Assembly (NCBI GenBank): GCA_964007735.1
Contig: CAXGAI010000003.1
Span: 62,001-126,000, forward strand
Direction: 5' to 3'
Length of the DNA stretch: 64,000 nucleotides
DNA from: an uncultured Rhodopirellula sp.
Lineage (GTDB): Bacteria; Planctomycetota; Planctomycetia; Pirellulales; Pirellulaceae
The translations under genes and the position numbers were made by a program. Below, piece by piece: positions 20,668 through 31,186 of this stretch. Positions within the stretch are counted from its first letter, which is position 1; each line of letters starts with the position of its first letter. Below the pieces are notes generated by a model, which did no database searches, was not told the DNA's origin, and saw nothing but the letters and a program-made list of their open reading frames with translations.

Positions 20668-21094
20668 TCACCAAATGCTCCCCACTCCCTCTCAATATCC
20701 GAATGCCGAAGTAGTCATTTATGATGGCGTATGCCAGTTCTGCACTCGTCAGGTAGAAAAACTTAACCGTTGGGATGGTAAGCAGCGTCTAACATACGTT
20801 TCACTTCATGATGAATCTATCGTTTCTGCATATCCGGATCTGACCAAAAAAGAATTGATGGAAGCCATTTACCTGATTGACAAAGAGAGCAAACGCCATC
20901 GAGGGGCAGCGGCTTTACGTGTTATTAGTCGACGACTTCCCAAACTCTGGCTTCTGGCAGTGCTTTTACACATCCCGTTCAGTCTGCCTGCATGGAATTG
21001 GATCTACCGACAAATTGCCAAACGTCGATATCGATTAAACTGCGATACCGAGGCGTGTGCAATTCATTTTGATGAGAAGCCTTCGGAAGATTAA
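20660..21094 (+). CDS. DCC1-like thiol-disulfide oxidoreductase (DUF393)
   Basis: VIYDGVCQFC (DxxCxxC); YRQIAKRRY; C-terminal C..C. Confidence 0.88.
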   Translation: MNNHQMLPTPSQYPNAEVVIYDGVCQFCTRQVEKLNRWDGKQRLTYVSLHDESIVSAYPDLTKKELMEAIYLIDKESKRHRGAAALRVISRRLPKLWLLAVLLHIPFSLPAWNWIYRQIAKRRYRLNCDTEACAIHFDEKPSED

Positions 21095-21867
21095 GCGAAA
21101 TACTCCACGGCATTTCTAAACAGTGCCAGACCATCTCCTTCCGGCTGCAGGCCTTCCCGAGTCCAACGAGGGTGTTGCGTCCCTTCCAAAAACCGTTCCG
21201 GGTGTGGCATCAGGCCAAACACTCGACCTGAGTCATCACAAACTCCCGCTACATTACGTTGAGCACCATTAGGATTTTGGGGGAATCCAACAGCGGGGAC
21301 TCCTGCTGCATCGACATACTTCAGAGCCAGTTGTTGATTCGCCTGTAACTGATCCGCAATATCCTCATTTCGCATGACAAACTTTCCTTCGGCATGAGCG
21401 ATTGGCAGATATAACCGATCAGTGCCACGCAGAAAGATACATTTATCACTCGAATTCTGAAGGTAAACCCAACGGTCTTCATAGAGTCCGTGGTTATTCC
21501 AGCACAACGTTGCCGGTGGAGCTCCGTCAGCATCATCGTCGAGTAATAAGCCAGATTTAATTAACACCTGAAACCCGTTGCAGATACCTAGTATCAGCTT
21601 ATCGCTATTCTTAAACTCGTGCATGACATCTGCCAAATGGCTACGCATTTGATTGGCAAAAATCCGGCCTGCAGCGACATCATCACCATAGCTAAAACCA
21701 CCTGGAATACATATGATCTGATACTGCTCAACCAAGGATGGACTCTCCAGCACTCGATTAATATGTACTCGGTCAGCCTGCCCACCGGCAAGCTCAAACG
21801 CGTACTTGGTCTCATGATCACAATTAGTGCCTGGAGCACGTAAAACTAATACTTTGGGTGTAGTCAT
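21091..21867 (-). CDS. purQ: FGAM synthase glutaminase subunit
   Basis: PGTNCD, PGGFSYGD, GICNGFQ, AHAEG, MPHPER. Confidence 0.96.
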   Translation of the reverse strand: MTTPKVLVLRAPGTNCDHETKYAFELAGGQADRVHINRVLESPSLVEQYQIICIPGGFSYGDDVAAGRIFANQMRSHLADVMHEFKNSDKLILGICNGFQVLIKSGLLLDDDADGAPPATLCWNNHGLYEDRWVYLQNSSDKCIFLRGTDRLYLPIAHAEGKFVMRNEDIADQLQANQQLALKYVDAAGVPAVGFPQNPNGAQRNVAGVCDDSGRVFGLMPHPERFLEGTQHPRWTREGLQPEGDGLALFRNAVEYFA

Positions 21868-21919
21868 CTTTTAGCCCAGCGTTAATCTGCAGACTCTGTT
21901 TTTCTAGTTTCCCTGAACT

Positions 21920-24847
21920 CTACCAACGTAATGGCGATTGCCAGGCTTCCTTTAATTGTCCAATCGGAGTGGTTAGCAGGTTCTTGTCGCCATTGTTAAC
22001 AACCAATTGATCATCTTCCGTAATCGTCCCGACGCGTGCGACGGTCACTCCACCAAGAGTTTGCTCGAATGCCGCACAATTTTCCGGGGTTACTTCCACC
22101 AAAAATCGTGTGTTAGACTCCGCAAACAACTTCAGCACATTCTCCGTATCTCCTGAGTAATCTAGATCCGTCGGCACTCCAGCCAGATCGATCATCATTC
22201 CCAGACCACCAGCAAAAGCCATTTCCGCTGCTGCCACTGCCAAACCGCCTTCGCTCAAATCATGACAGGCACGAACCAAACCGGATTTGATAGCCTGATG
22301 AAGAGCCGGAAAGACTGCATTACAGTTTTCTGTACAAACGCTGGGAACAGCGCCACCTTCCAGTTCACGAATCAATGTCCAGTGAGATCCTCCCAATTCA
22401 CGTTTAGTGACCCCTACCTGATAAAGCACATTCCCAGCTTCCTTCGCGTCCATTGTGGTACAGGTTGCTACATCTTCAACCTGACCGATCGCACTAATGA
22501 GCAAGGTTGGAGGAATAGAAATCGTCACCTTTTCGCCTTCTTCATTTTGGTAACTGAATTCATTATTCAGGCTATCTTTTCCCGAAATAAAAGGGGTCTT
22601 TAGGTCGACTGCCATGTCATAGCATGCCAACGCCGCACGAACGAGCGAACCTAATGTTTCAGGACGATCCGTATAACCCCAGCAGAAGTTGTCAAGGATT
22701 GCAATTCGACTTGGATCCGCTCCAACGGCCACGCTATTACGAATCGCTTCGTCAATTGCGCTAGCCGCCATATGATACGTATCGTAGTCGCCGTAACGGG
22801 GATTCATACCACAACTCACTGTGAGGCCTTTGCTACTGCCTAAAACAGGTTTCACAACGGCTGCATCCCCGGGGCCGTCATTTTGAATGCCAACCATTGG
22901 CTTTACAACGCTACCTGCCTGAACTTCATGGTCATACTGACGAACAACCCATTCTTTACTGGCAACATTCAGGCTTCCAAGAATAGCCTCTAAGTCCTGT
23001 TCGAGACTGGCCGCTTTGTCCTCCAGGTCGATGACGGTAACAGCTGGAATTTCGTAATGAGCGTCGCGAATAATTGGTGGACGACCATTGTGGAGAAAGT
23101 CCATCGTTAGGTCACCTACAACCTCATCATGATACTTAAGTACCAAGCGACCGTGATCAACGAACTTTCCGACAATCGTAGCATCTACGCCTTCCGATTC
23201 ACAAAGTGTCTGAAATGCTTTCCAGTTCTGCTCAGGCACACTAAACACCATGCGTTCCTGAGCTTCAGAAATCCATACCTCTGTATAGCTAAGCCCGTCA
23301 TACTTTAACGGTGCCTTATCCAGATAGACTTCCACTCCTATCTCTTCGCCCATTTCACCAATTGCACTCGACAGCCCGCCCGCCCCACAGTCGGTGACAC
23401 AGGTATAAAGGTTCCGGTCGCGCGCTTCCAGCATGACATCCATGACCATCTTTTCAGTGATTGCATTACCGATCTGCACAGCACCACCGGACAGCATTTC
23501 ACTGTCACTCGTCAATTCAGCTGAGCTAAAAGTAGCGCCATGAATCCCGTCCCGACCAGTATGCCCGCCGATCACGACAGCCCATTCTCCAGCGTGAGCT
23601 TCTTTAAACGATTTCTCTTTCGGAATGAGCCCAACGTTGCCGGCGTAAACCAATGGATTGCCAAGATAGCGATTATCAAAGTAAATCGCACCATTGACCG
23701 TTGGGATCCCCATACGATTTCCGTAATCACGAACTCCTGATACGACGCCTTTCATAACGCGCCGAGGATGTAATACCCCGGGAGGAAGTTGATCGTGATC
23801 AACTTCGGGATTAGCAAAGCAAAATATATCGGTATTACAAATAGGCTTAGCTCCCATACCGGTACCAAGCGTGTCGCGAATAACCCCACCGATACCTGTA
23901 TTGGCTCCACCATATGGCTCCAATGCCGATGGATGGTTATGTGTTTCCACCTTAAATGCCACATTAAATTCATCATTAAAAGTAACGATTCCGGCATTGT
24001 CCTTAAAAACACTTACACACCAGTCATCTTCACCAAGCTCTTCACGAATCTTGACTGTGGCAGCAAAGACCGTTTCTTTAAGCATGTTTTCAAAGTGACG
24101 TTCTGTTTCGTCATCTTTGTAAGCAATACGACCTGCCAAAGTCTTATGACTACAGTGTTCACTCCAGGTTTGTGCAATAGATTCCAATTCAATATCCGTG
24201 GGCTCGCGATCAAGCCCCTGAAAATGCTTTTGGATTGTCTGCATTTCCACCAAGGTTAGATAAAGCTGACCTTGCTTACTGAGGTCTTCTAACTCGTCAT
24301 CGGTAAGGGACCGAATCGAAATCTTCTTTAGTTCAAATTCATAAGCTGTCCCGAGAGCCAGCGCGTCCAGTTGCAGGGGACCGTGGACAACCTGTTCAAT
24401 CGCATCGTTGGCAAGCACTTTTTCAGCCAATCGATTTACACTTCCCTGATCTACCCCGAAAACCCAGTATTTACGGAAAGTGCGAACCTGATCAACAGCG
24501 ATGCCTAGATCTTCAATCCCCTTCTGAGCACTCATTGCCACCGGATCCATCACTCCCGGCTTATTGATCACATGCACCAACAAAGAACCATTGACTGGGG
24601 CCTGCTGCAGACGTTCATCACCAACGGCCGCAACAACGGTCTTTTCAACAACCGAATCAGCAAGCAGTTTATCCGCCAACCGGTTTGCATCAGCCTCTTC
24701 TATATCACCTTCAAGCAAATAGCCATGTACGGCTGCTACCTGAATGGATGGATCGAGTCCGAGATCAATTGCATCTGAAGTTAATTCTTCACCTGCACGA
24801 TCTACTTGACCTTCAGCGGGGTATATATCAATTTCCCATAGACTCAC
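21920..24847 (-). CDS. purL: FGAM synthase PurL with N-terminal PurS-like domains
   Basis: WSEHCSHK, KVETHNHPS, DGIHGA, DCGAGG, SEAQERM, QYDHEV, HDLSEGG. Confidence 0.96.
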   Translation of the reverse strand: MSLWEIDIYPAEGQVDRAGEELTSDAIDLGLDPSIQVAAVHGYLLEGDIEEADANRLADKLLADSVVEKTVVAAVGDERLQQAPVNGSLLVHVINKPGVMDPVAMSAQKGIEDLGIAVDQVRTFRKYWVFGVDQGSVNRLAEKVLANDAIEQVVHGPLQLDALALGTAYEFELKKISIRSLTDDELEDLSKQGQLYLTLVEMQTIQKHFQGLDREPTDIELESIAQTWSEHCSHKTLAGRIAYKDDETERHFENMLKETVFAATVKIREELGEDDWCVSVFKDNAGIVTFNDEFNVAFKVETHNHPSALEPYGGANTGIGGVIRDTLGTGMGAKPICNTDIFCFANPEVDHDQLPPGVLHPRRVMKGVVSGVRDYGNRMGIPTVNGAIYFDNRYLGNPLVYAGNVGLIPKEKSFKEAHAGEWAVVIGGHTGRDGIHGATFSSAELTSDSEMLSGGAVQIGNAITEKMVMDVMLEARDRNLYTCVTDCGAGGLSSAIGEMGEEIGVEVYLDKAPLKYDGLSYTEVWISEAQERMVFSVPEQNWKAFQTLCESEGVDATIVGKFVDHGRLVLKYHDEVVGDLTMDFLHNGRPPIIRDAHYEIPAVTVIDLEDKAASLEQDLEAILGSLNVASKEWVVRQYDHEVQAGSVVKPMVGIQNDGPGDAAVVKPVLGSSKGLTVSCGMNPRYGDYDTYHMAASAIDEAIRNSVAVGADPSRIAILDNFCWGYTDRPETLGSLVRAALACYDMAVDLKTPFISGKDSLNNEFSYQNEEGEKVTISIPPTLLISAIGQVEDVATCTTMDAKEAGNVLYQVGVTKRELGGSHWTLIRELEGGAVPSVCTENCNAVFPALHQAIKSGLVRACHDLSEGGLAVAAAEMAFAGGLGMMIDLAGVPTDLDYSGDTENVLKLFAESNTRFLVEVTPENCAAFEQTLGGVTVARVGTITEDDQLVVNNGDKNLLTTPIGQLKEAWQSPLRW

Positions 24848-25685
24848 GATTTTGCTTTCCTTGATTCAAATATCGTAATAACACCCGTGAGTTATCACTC
24901 TCAAGTGCGTCTCGAAACTTGTGCAGATCATCCAAAAAACGATCAACCGCACGTATTACTTGTTTATTATTGTCGCGTAGGATTTCCAACCACAATTCCG
25001 GATCTGCTCCGGCAATACGCGTGGTATCTATCCAACCACCGGCAGCCAACGCTAATTGTTTAGCATTCGCCTGAGTCGATAGCACCGAGGCAAGCGTATG
25101 AGGCAGATGACTGATGACAGCCACTGCTCGATCATGCTCTTTGCAATCTAACTCCATTACACGTGCCCCTAAGGACTTCCAAAATTTGGATATCCGTGAC
25201 TGAGCCGCTTTGTTGGTACGCTTTTCAGGCGTCACCACTATTGTTCGTTTTTCAAAAAGATCAGCGTCCGCGTTTCCAACCCCCCCGCGCTCACCTCCAG
25301 CCATCGGATGAGATCCGATGAAGTGCCCGTTCTCAAGTACTGTCAATCCTTCAACAATTGTCTGTTTTGTACTACCCACATCGGTAATAAGTGTTCCAGA
25401 GCGAACATACTGTGAAATTTCCCTGACCTGCTCAACAACATACTGTACGGGCGTGCAAACAATCACAAAATCCGCTTCAGAAACTCCACGTTCGATATTA
25501 GTTGTAGTCTCCGTCACGGCTCCCAACTGCTTTGCTTTCCGCAATCTGGCAGGCTTCCGACCAATCCCAATTACTCTGTCAGATAAACCGCGTTGACGTA
25601 CGGCGAGACCGATTGAACCACCAATCAGTCCTACACCCAAAATCGCCACGGTTCCGAGGGATTTCACTGAGTAATCCTTTACCAA
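24828..25685 (-). CDS. tyrA: Prephenate/arogenate dehydrogenase
   Basis: GVGLIGGS, DVGSTK, HPMAGGE, HDRAVAVISHLPH, DTTRIA. Confidence 0.92.
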   Translation of the reverse strand: MVKDYSVKSLGTVAILGVGLIGGSIGLAVRQRGLSDRVIGIGRKPARLRKAKQLGAVTETTTNIERGVSEADFVIVCTPVQYVVEQVREISQYVRSGTLITDVGSTKQTIVEGLTVLENGHFIGSHPMAGGERGGVGNADADLFEKRTIVVTPEKRTNKAAQSRISKFWKSLGARVMELDCKEHDRAVAVISHLPHTLASVLSTQANAKQLALAAGGWIDTTRIAGADPELWLEILRDNNKQVIRAVDRFLDDLHKFRDALESDNSRVLLRYLNQGKQNRESMGN

Positions 25686-25794
25686 ACGAGACTCCTATCA
25701 GACATAAAAACTAACAGATTTAGTGCAGATGTTCCACCACCGCCACACCTCTCAAAGCCGCAAAAGTTGACATTTGATTTGCAAATCCACCATT

Positions 25795-25823
25795 TTGTTG
25801 AGATCTAAAGGGGATACTATAAT
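25795..25823 (+). promoter_or_regulatory. Candidate sigma70 promoter for the PilC/GspF-like gene
   Basis: TTGTTG-N17-TATAAT about 40 nt upstream of ATG 25864. Confidence 0.4.
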
Positions 25824-25863
25824 ACAGATGCTCCTTTTCCATTCCTCTGAGAAGTGCAAGTAA

Positions 25864-26889
25864 ATGCCCACAGTTTCCTCAAAACGTCTATCCAGCTTTT
25901 GTCGTCAAATGGGCGTCAGCCTTCACGCTGGACTGGACACTCGCAAGGCATTCGGTACATGCAAACATCTACTGGGTAAAGGCCATACCGCCAGTTTATC
26001 GTTGATTACAAACCAACTAGAAGAAGGCAGTACGCTGCACGAGTGTATTCGCAAATGCCCGGGGACTTTTCCACCCCTCATGAGCATGATGGTGCAAGTC
26101 GGGGAACTTTCAGGAAAAACGGAGGCCGCATTTATCGGACTAGCCGAGTATTATGACAACCGAGTTGCCTTAATTCGTGGATTTTTCAAAAGTGTCACCT
26201 GGCCGGTGCTGCAGTTTATTATCGCAACCGGCGTCGTCGGACTTGTTCTACTGATCATGGGAATGCTCTTAGGTAACGGCGAAGCCGGTGACTTACTTCC
26301 CGGCTGGCTATCAGACAACTCTCTCTTCAGCAAATACTGCGGACTGATGCTTGTCATTTATGGATTTGCTGGTGGCATTGGATATGGTGTTTATATGCAG
26401 TGGCTAAACGTCGAAGTATTTGTCGGACTCCTATCAATCCTGCCCGGAGTCAAACATCCATTTCTGAACCTAGCCATGTCTCGATTTTGCTGGACCTTCT
26501 CTCTGGTTCATAATGCGGGCGTCGACGCCGAAAGGTGTGTCGATATAGCAATTAAATCCAGTGGCAATCCTGTCTATCTAAAGACACTCGATCCCATTTT
26601 GGATGCGATCCGCAACAATGAAGATTTCTATTCTGCCTTCGCACGGACTGACACTTATCCACCGGACTTTTTGTCATCCGTTCTAACGGCGGAACAAGCT
26701 GGGACAATTTCCGAGTCTCTCTGGCGAGAAGCCACCACGTTTCGCACGAAAGCCGAAAGCCAACTGCAGTGGCTATCCAAGATTTGCTCAGGTCTCATCT
26801 ACGGAGGCGTGGCCATCTTCATAATTATAATGATCTTTGTGTTCTACAAAGCATTCATTCTAAATCCGCTCAATACAATACTTGGTTAA
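25864..26889 (+). CDS. Type II secretion F / PilC-family inner-membrane platform protein
   Basis: Two T2SSF repeats (FCRQMGVSLHAG..VQVGELSGK..LAEYY; SRFCWTFSLVHNAG..TAEQAG) with TM helices. Confidence 0.85.
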   Translation: MPTVSSKRLSSFCRQMGVSLHAGLDTRKAFGTCKHLLGKGHTASLSLITNQLEEGSTLHECIRKCPGTFPPLMSMMVQVGELSGKTEAAFIGLAEYYDNRVALIRGFFKSVTWPVLQFIIATGVVGLVLLIMGMLLGNGEAGDLLPGWLSDNSLFSKYCGLMLVIYGFAGGIGYGVYMQWLNVEVFVGLLSILPGVKHPFLNLAMSRFCWTFSLVHNAGVDAERCVDIAIKSSGNPVYLKTLDPILDAIRNNEDFYSAFARTDTYPPDFLSSVLTAEQAGTISESLWREATTFRTKAESQLQWLSKICSGLIYGGVAIFIIIMIFVFYKAFILNPLNTILG

Positions 26890-26924
26890 AACCTCTGATC
26901 GTATCTGGAATCCAGAAGATCGCT

Positions 26925-27923
26925 TTACTTTAAGACTGGAGCAAAGGGGTCATTGGAACCGGCCTGACGACGGATGAACTGGACCATAGGTGGTTGTGTC
27001 GAACGCAACGCTTTAAACGTCTCAGCCACATAACGCTGAGGCCGAGAGTCCCCGGGAATGCGAAAGTTATCTCCCTTCTGAAGAACCGGACGATATTCCG
27101 GCATTGAGCCAAAGGATCTCGAGCCAGCTATTTGACACGGGAACCAATGCCCTATTCCTTTGGCGTCTTCCAGATAAAATTCCGGATAACAGTGCCCCGG
27201 AATCCATACACTCCGAGCAGGAATTCCGTTATTGCGACAAAGGGCAATAAAGAGACTGGTCAATTCTTCACAATCACCTACACCTCTTTCTAGGGCTATC
27301 AGGGCTCCTTTTAGCTCTTCATCAAATTTGTACTTCACACGATCACGAACCCAGTCGAAAATGATCTCCGTTTTCTGCCAGGCATTCTTAGCATCGTCTC
27401 CAAGCCCACGGGATACAGCGACAATCTTTGGATTTGTGGTTTCAATAAATGGACTGACTCCCATGTACTTGCGCAAATCCGGCGTAAGCAACTTGGGAAT
27501 ATATAGTCTGTCAGTCTGCTTTGGCTTCTCAATTAACGATCGTTCGACCTCGACGGTTACAATTGCCTTGATAGTGGAACCTGCTTCAACTCGGGGGACT
27601 GTCACCAACAATTGCTTTACGTCTCCCATCACAACCCGTGAACGAACCCGGACTCCTGGTGACAAATCCTGTTCAACTATCTCTACTTTCTGTTCGGGCC
27701 AGGGCATTGGAATCGTTATCGTTGCTGTAACACCAGTCATTAAGGCGGGGCTTTTCACTTCAAAGCCAATTTCCCACTGCTGTTTTTGAGGTCGTTGTAA
27801 CTGAATCGCATAAGGGTTTGCCTTTGATTCCTGATTAGATACCGTCTGAGCATTTGTATAGTCACAAAAAAATGAACTGACGCATGCCAAAACAAAGAAT
27901 TTTGTTATCAAAAACGATTTCAT
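26925..27923 (-). CDS. Exported transglutaminase-like protein, catalytic Cys present
   Basis: Sec-type signal; GDCEELTSLFIALCR..GIPAR..GHCYPEFY..WFP. Confidence 0.88.
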   Translation of the reverse strand: MKSFLITKFFVLACVSSFFCDYTNAQTVSNQESKANPYAIQLQRPQKQQWEIGFEVKSPALMTGVTATITIPMPWPEQKVEIVEQDLSPGVRVRSRVVMGDVKQLLVTVPRVEAGSTIKAIVTVEVERSLIEKPKQTDRLYIPKLLTPDLRKYMGVSPFIETTNPKIVAVSRGLGDDAKNAWQKTEIIFDWVRDRVKYKFDEELKGALIALERGVGDCEELTSLFIALCRNNGIPARSVWIPGHCYPEFYLEDAKGIGHWFPCQIAGSRSFGSMPEYRPVLQKGDNFRIPGDSRPQRYVAETFKALRSTQPPMVQFIRRQAGSNDPFAPVLK

Positions 27924-28020
27924 AGTCTGCTTTCAGTTGGAAGAACGAAAGTGGCGACAGCGCATCACCACAGGTGATTCAAATTATACCCTGAAGACGA
28001 GAAAACTAGCGAATTTGGCC

Positions 28021-28986
28021 TTAGACCTGAACGTATTCGCGAATAAAGCGAACCTGCGGTTTACTGCCGCCCTTTACTTTCAGGTGTTCAGCAACATACC
28101 GTTGAGGTTCCGGCTTTTCCGGGACCTTGAAATTGTCGCCACGCAACAGCATTGGCCGATTGTCATTCATCTCGCCAAAGGCACGCTGACCGGAGAGTTC
28201 ACAAGGAAACCAATATCCCTTTCCATCCGGTGCCTGCAAATAGAATTCTGCGTAGTTATGCTCGGGCACCCAAACCGTACGGGCCGGTATTTTCAAATTC
28301 CGGCAAAGAGCTACAAATAAGCTGGTGAGATCTTCTTTCTCTCCGACCCCGGAACGAAGGGTGGCCAAGGCTCCTTGACGTGGGCCGTTTTGGTATGTGA
28401 TATTTTCACGAATCCAGTCATAGATACTCTCGACGCATTGCCAGTCATTCTCAGCAGCCGCCGTAATTTCATTAGCCTTCTTTAGCAGCAAGGCATTGCG
28501 ATTCTCAATCAAGGGACTCATACCTAGAAAGAAGCGTACATCGCGAGGCAGGTTAGAGGTTACAGTTAAGGCTCTTTTGTTTGGAGGAGCGGCAACTGTT
28601 TTTCGCTCTACTTCAAAAGTCACATGAGCCATCGCAGTATGTCGCGCCGGCACCTGTGGCATAAAGACCAGCATTTGCTTTAGACCATAGAGCCCATCAC
28701 GGTATTTATACTGGCCCACATGACGAGTAAATTGTTCATCGGCAACTTTGACAACCTGCTCGGATTTCCAATTGGCCGGCACGTTAGCAGTAAAGTAAAT
28801 ATTGGCACAGAATCCTGTAGGAGCAGCAAGTGTCAAACCGACTTTCCATAGCCGTTTCACACCTTCTCCATAAATAGGAGCAAACTCGGACTGGGGTTGC
28901 TGTCCGTACGCCGGATGACTACCCAAGGCCCCCAAAACAGCGGCTGATTTCAAAAAACAGCGTCTATTGGTGTTTTGTCTCTGCAT
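28021..28986 (-). CDS. Tat-exported transglutaminase-like paralogue, catalytic Cys replaced by Lys
   Basis: Start ATG 28986 gives MQRQNTNRRCFLK (Tat-like); GEKEDLTSLFVALCR..KIPAR..EHNYAEFY..WFP. Confidence 0.85.
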   Translation of the reverse strand: MQRQNTNRRCFLKSAAVLGALGSHPAYGQQPQSEFAPIYGEGVKRLWKVGLTLAAPTGFCANIYFTANVPANWKSEQVVKVADEQFTRHVGQYKYRDGLYGLKQMLVFMPQVPARHTAMAHVTFEVERKTVAAPPNKRALTVTSNLPRDVRFFLGMSPLIENRNALLLKKANEITAAAENDWQCVESIYDWIRENITYQNGPRQGALATLRSGVGEKEDLTSLFVALCRNLKIPARTVWVPEHNYAEFYLQAPDGKGYWFPCELSGQRAFGEMNDNRPMLLRGDNFKVPEKPEPQRYVAEHLKVKGGSKPQVRFIREYVQV

Positions 28987-29218
28987 CTCACTCTCTCCCC
29001 TTTTGAATTCTTCGACCGGATCTCTCAAACGTCTGCAACGATGATTCTCCGAAATCCACTATTGGGTGCGTTATTTCTGGATTTTCCAGCCGATACTAGA
29101 AATAACGTTCAGGCACTAATAATTTCGGTTGTGATCTCAAAGCACTAATTCATTGGTTTATTCGCAATCCAATACGTATACTTTAAGTAGCCATTGACCT
29201 AAACTCCGGTTCAGAATT

Positions 29219-30442
29219 ATGACTTCAAAGCTAAAAATCGCTGTCCATCTGTGTCTTTGTATCCTATTGTTGAACCCGACAAACGCTGTGGTATTGGCAG
29301 ACACATTTCAGCTTTCTTCCGGGAGTTCACTTAGCGGTAAACTCCTGAATCCCGACCAGGAACCGCGGGTCAACTATCAGATAAAAACGGCCTTTGGTAA
29401 GGTCACTCTCGATGCGAAACAGGTGACACAAGTTGTCACCAAGCCACTTGTACTGCAGCAATACGAAGAGTCTGTTGCCAGCTTGCCAGACACTGCTGAA
29501 GCTCACCTCGACATCGCGAAAAAGTGTAAGGCAGTGAATCTCTTTGAACAGCATGATTTTCACCTTCATCAAGTCTTGCGCCTTGATCCTGACAATACTT
29601 ACGTACGACAACAACTTGGTTATGTCAAAATCGGAAATGAATGGCGTCAAGAAGACGCTCTCATGCGGCAGCAAGGCTACCTACGGCATAGTGGCCGCTG
29701 GCGCACGCCTCAGGAAGTTGCCGTCATTGAATCAACAGAACAGATTGAAAGAGAAGAGATAGAATGGCGAACCAAAATCATCCGTTGGGAAAGTGCCCTT
29801 CTAAAGAATCGGCCAACTGCCCCGGACGCTCTTAAGAACCTGCGTGAAATCAATGATTACCGAGCCACGACAGCATTGGCCGAACGACTAAATGAACGTC
29901 AATTACCTCGAGAAATGAAGCTCATGTATCTCGGCATTCTGGCAGAGATCGGCGGAAACGTTCCGGTACAAGCAATGCTCAAGTGTGTTACCGAAGAAAC
30001 AGACGATGTCATGATTGAACGGTGTCTGGATCAACTCCGTGAGTGGAAAAGCCGCACAGCAATGCATTTCTTTATTCGCATGCTGAAGTCAAATGATAAC
30101 AACAGCGTCAATAGTGCCGCCAACGCGTTAGGATCACTCGAGATGAAAGACGCAATGCTTCCGCTCATCGAAGCGCTTGTTACCAACCATAAAATCCAGG
30201 TCGGTGGCGGAAACAACGTTAATGCTAATTTTTCCGGTAATCAACCCGGGCTGGGCGGTTTGCAATTTGGGGGCAAACCAAAAATCATAGAACGAAATAT
30301 TCAAAACCGGGCTGCTCTATCGGCACTACTGGCGATCGTCCCTGAAGGCGTCAATTACGGTCTTCATGAAGAACAGTGGATGAATTGGTACATCCGCATG
30401 AATACTCCGCAACAAGTCAATCTGCGACGTCGCGGCCTGTAA
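29219..30442 (+). CDS. Exported HEAT/TPR-like helical-repeat protein
   Basis: Signal peptide; VLRLDPDN..RQQLGY; HEAT-like AANALGSL..MLPLIEAL. Confidence 0.75.
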   Translation: MTSKLKIAVHLCLCILLLNPTNAVVLADTFQLSSGSSLSGKLLNPDQEPRVNYQIKTAFGKVTLDAKQVTQVVTKPLVLQQYEESVASLPDTAEAHLDIAKKCKAVNLFEQHDFHLHQVLRLDPDNTYVRQQLGYVKIGNEWRQEDALMRQQGYLRHSGRWRTPQEVAVIESTEQIEREEIEWRTKIIRWESALLKNRPTAPDALKNLREINDYRATTALAERLNERQLPREMKLMYLGILAEIGGNVPVQAMLKCVTEETDDVMIERCLDQLREWKSRTAMHFFIRMLKSNDNNSVNSAANALGSLEMKDAMLPLIEALVTNHKIQVGGGNNVNANFSGNQPGLGGLQFGGKPKIIERNIQNRAALSALLAIVPEGVNYGLHEEQWMNWYIRMNTPQQVNLRRRGL

Positions 30443-30484
30443 GACGCTCTCTCTTTTCAGCTTGATTTTAATGGGCAGTAAACT

Positions 30485-31003
30485 ATGTACGGAAGCAAAT
30501 GGATCCGCATCGGTGCGATCACAGGTGGTTTAGGAGTTAGCATTGGAGCTCTTGGAGCTCATGCCGTCGAAACTTCACTTCAAAAGAAAACCGCAGGAGG
30601 AGAGATAACCAACGAATCCATGATCAAGATTCTGGAGAACTGGTCGACTGCTACTGACTACATGATGTATCACTCGGTCGCCATTGTATTGGTTGGCTTG
30701 GTGGCCATACATATCTGTTCCCGACTATTAACGTATGCCGGCAGTTTCTTCACCGCGGGGATCGCTGGCTTTAGCCTAGGTTTGCTACTATACAACACCC
30801 TCTGGATAACCAGCGGTATGAAAGCCATTTTCTTAGTGGCGGTAGTAGTGCCATTAGGCGGGGTCTGCTTCATACTTGGATGGATTTGCCTGGCAGCCTC
30901 ATTGTGGACCGGAACCACCTGCCACGTTGTCAGTCTGCCATCTCACGATTACCCACCAAGCAAAGATAAACAGCACGAAACTAAGACGGATGAAATGACC
31001 TAA
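30485..31003 (+). CDS. DUF423 (YgdD/TMEM256) membrane protein
   Basis: GALGAH, TATDYMMYH, PLGGVCFILGW. Confidence 0.88.
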   Translation: MYGSKWIRIGAITGGLGVSIGALGAHAVETSLQKKTAGGEITNESMIKILENWSTATDYMMYHSVAIVLVGLVAIHICSRLLTYAGSFFTAGIAGFSLGLLLYNTLWITSGMKAIFLVAVVVPLGGVCFILGWICLAASLWTGTTCHVVSLPSHDYPPSKDKQHETKTDEMT

Positions 31004-31186
31004 AGCAAAATATCGCTTTAGTCACACGAGTTTCCATCTTTATTCCGCGCTGTTTATCACTATACGGTAGGTCACTGCGAGTGTGATGATGTATTAGGAA
31101 TAAAATCCGCGCAGTGCCACCAGTGCTTCAGTTAATCAGTGATCCGGTTAATGCTAACAACGATATCAACTGCAACAAGCGTATTT

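Noticed and set aside
31039..31104. Imperfect long hairpin (TTTATTCC..GGAATAAA) between convergent genes as an ncRNA
   Set aside because: Pairing is weak and AT-rich, with no recognisable RNA family motif.
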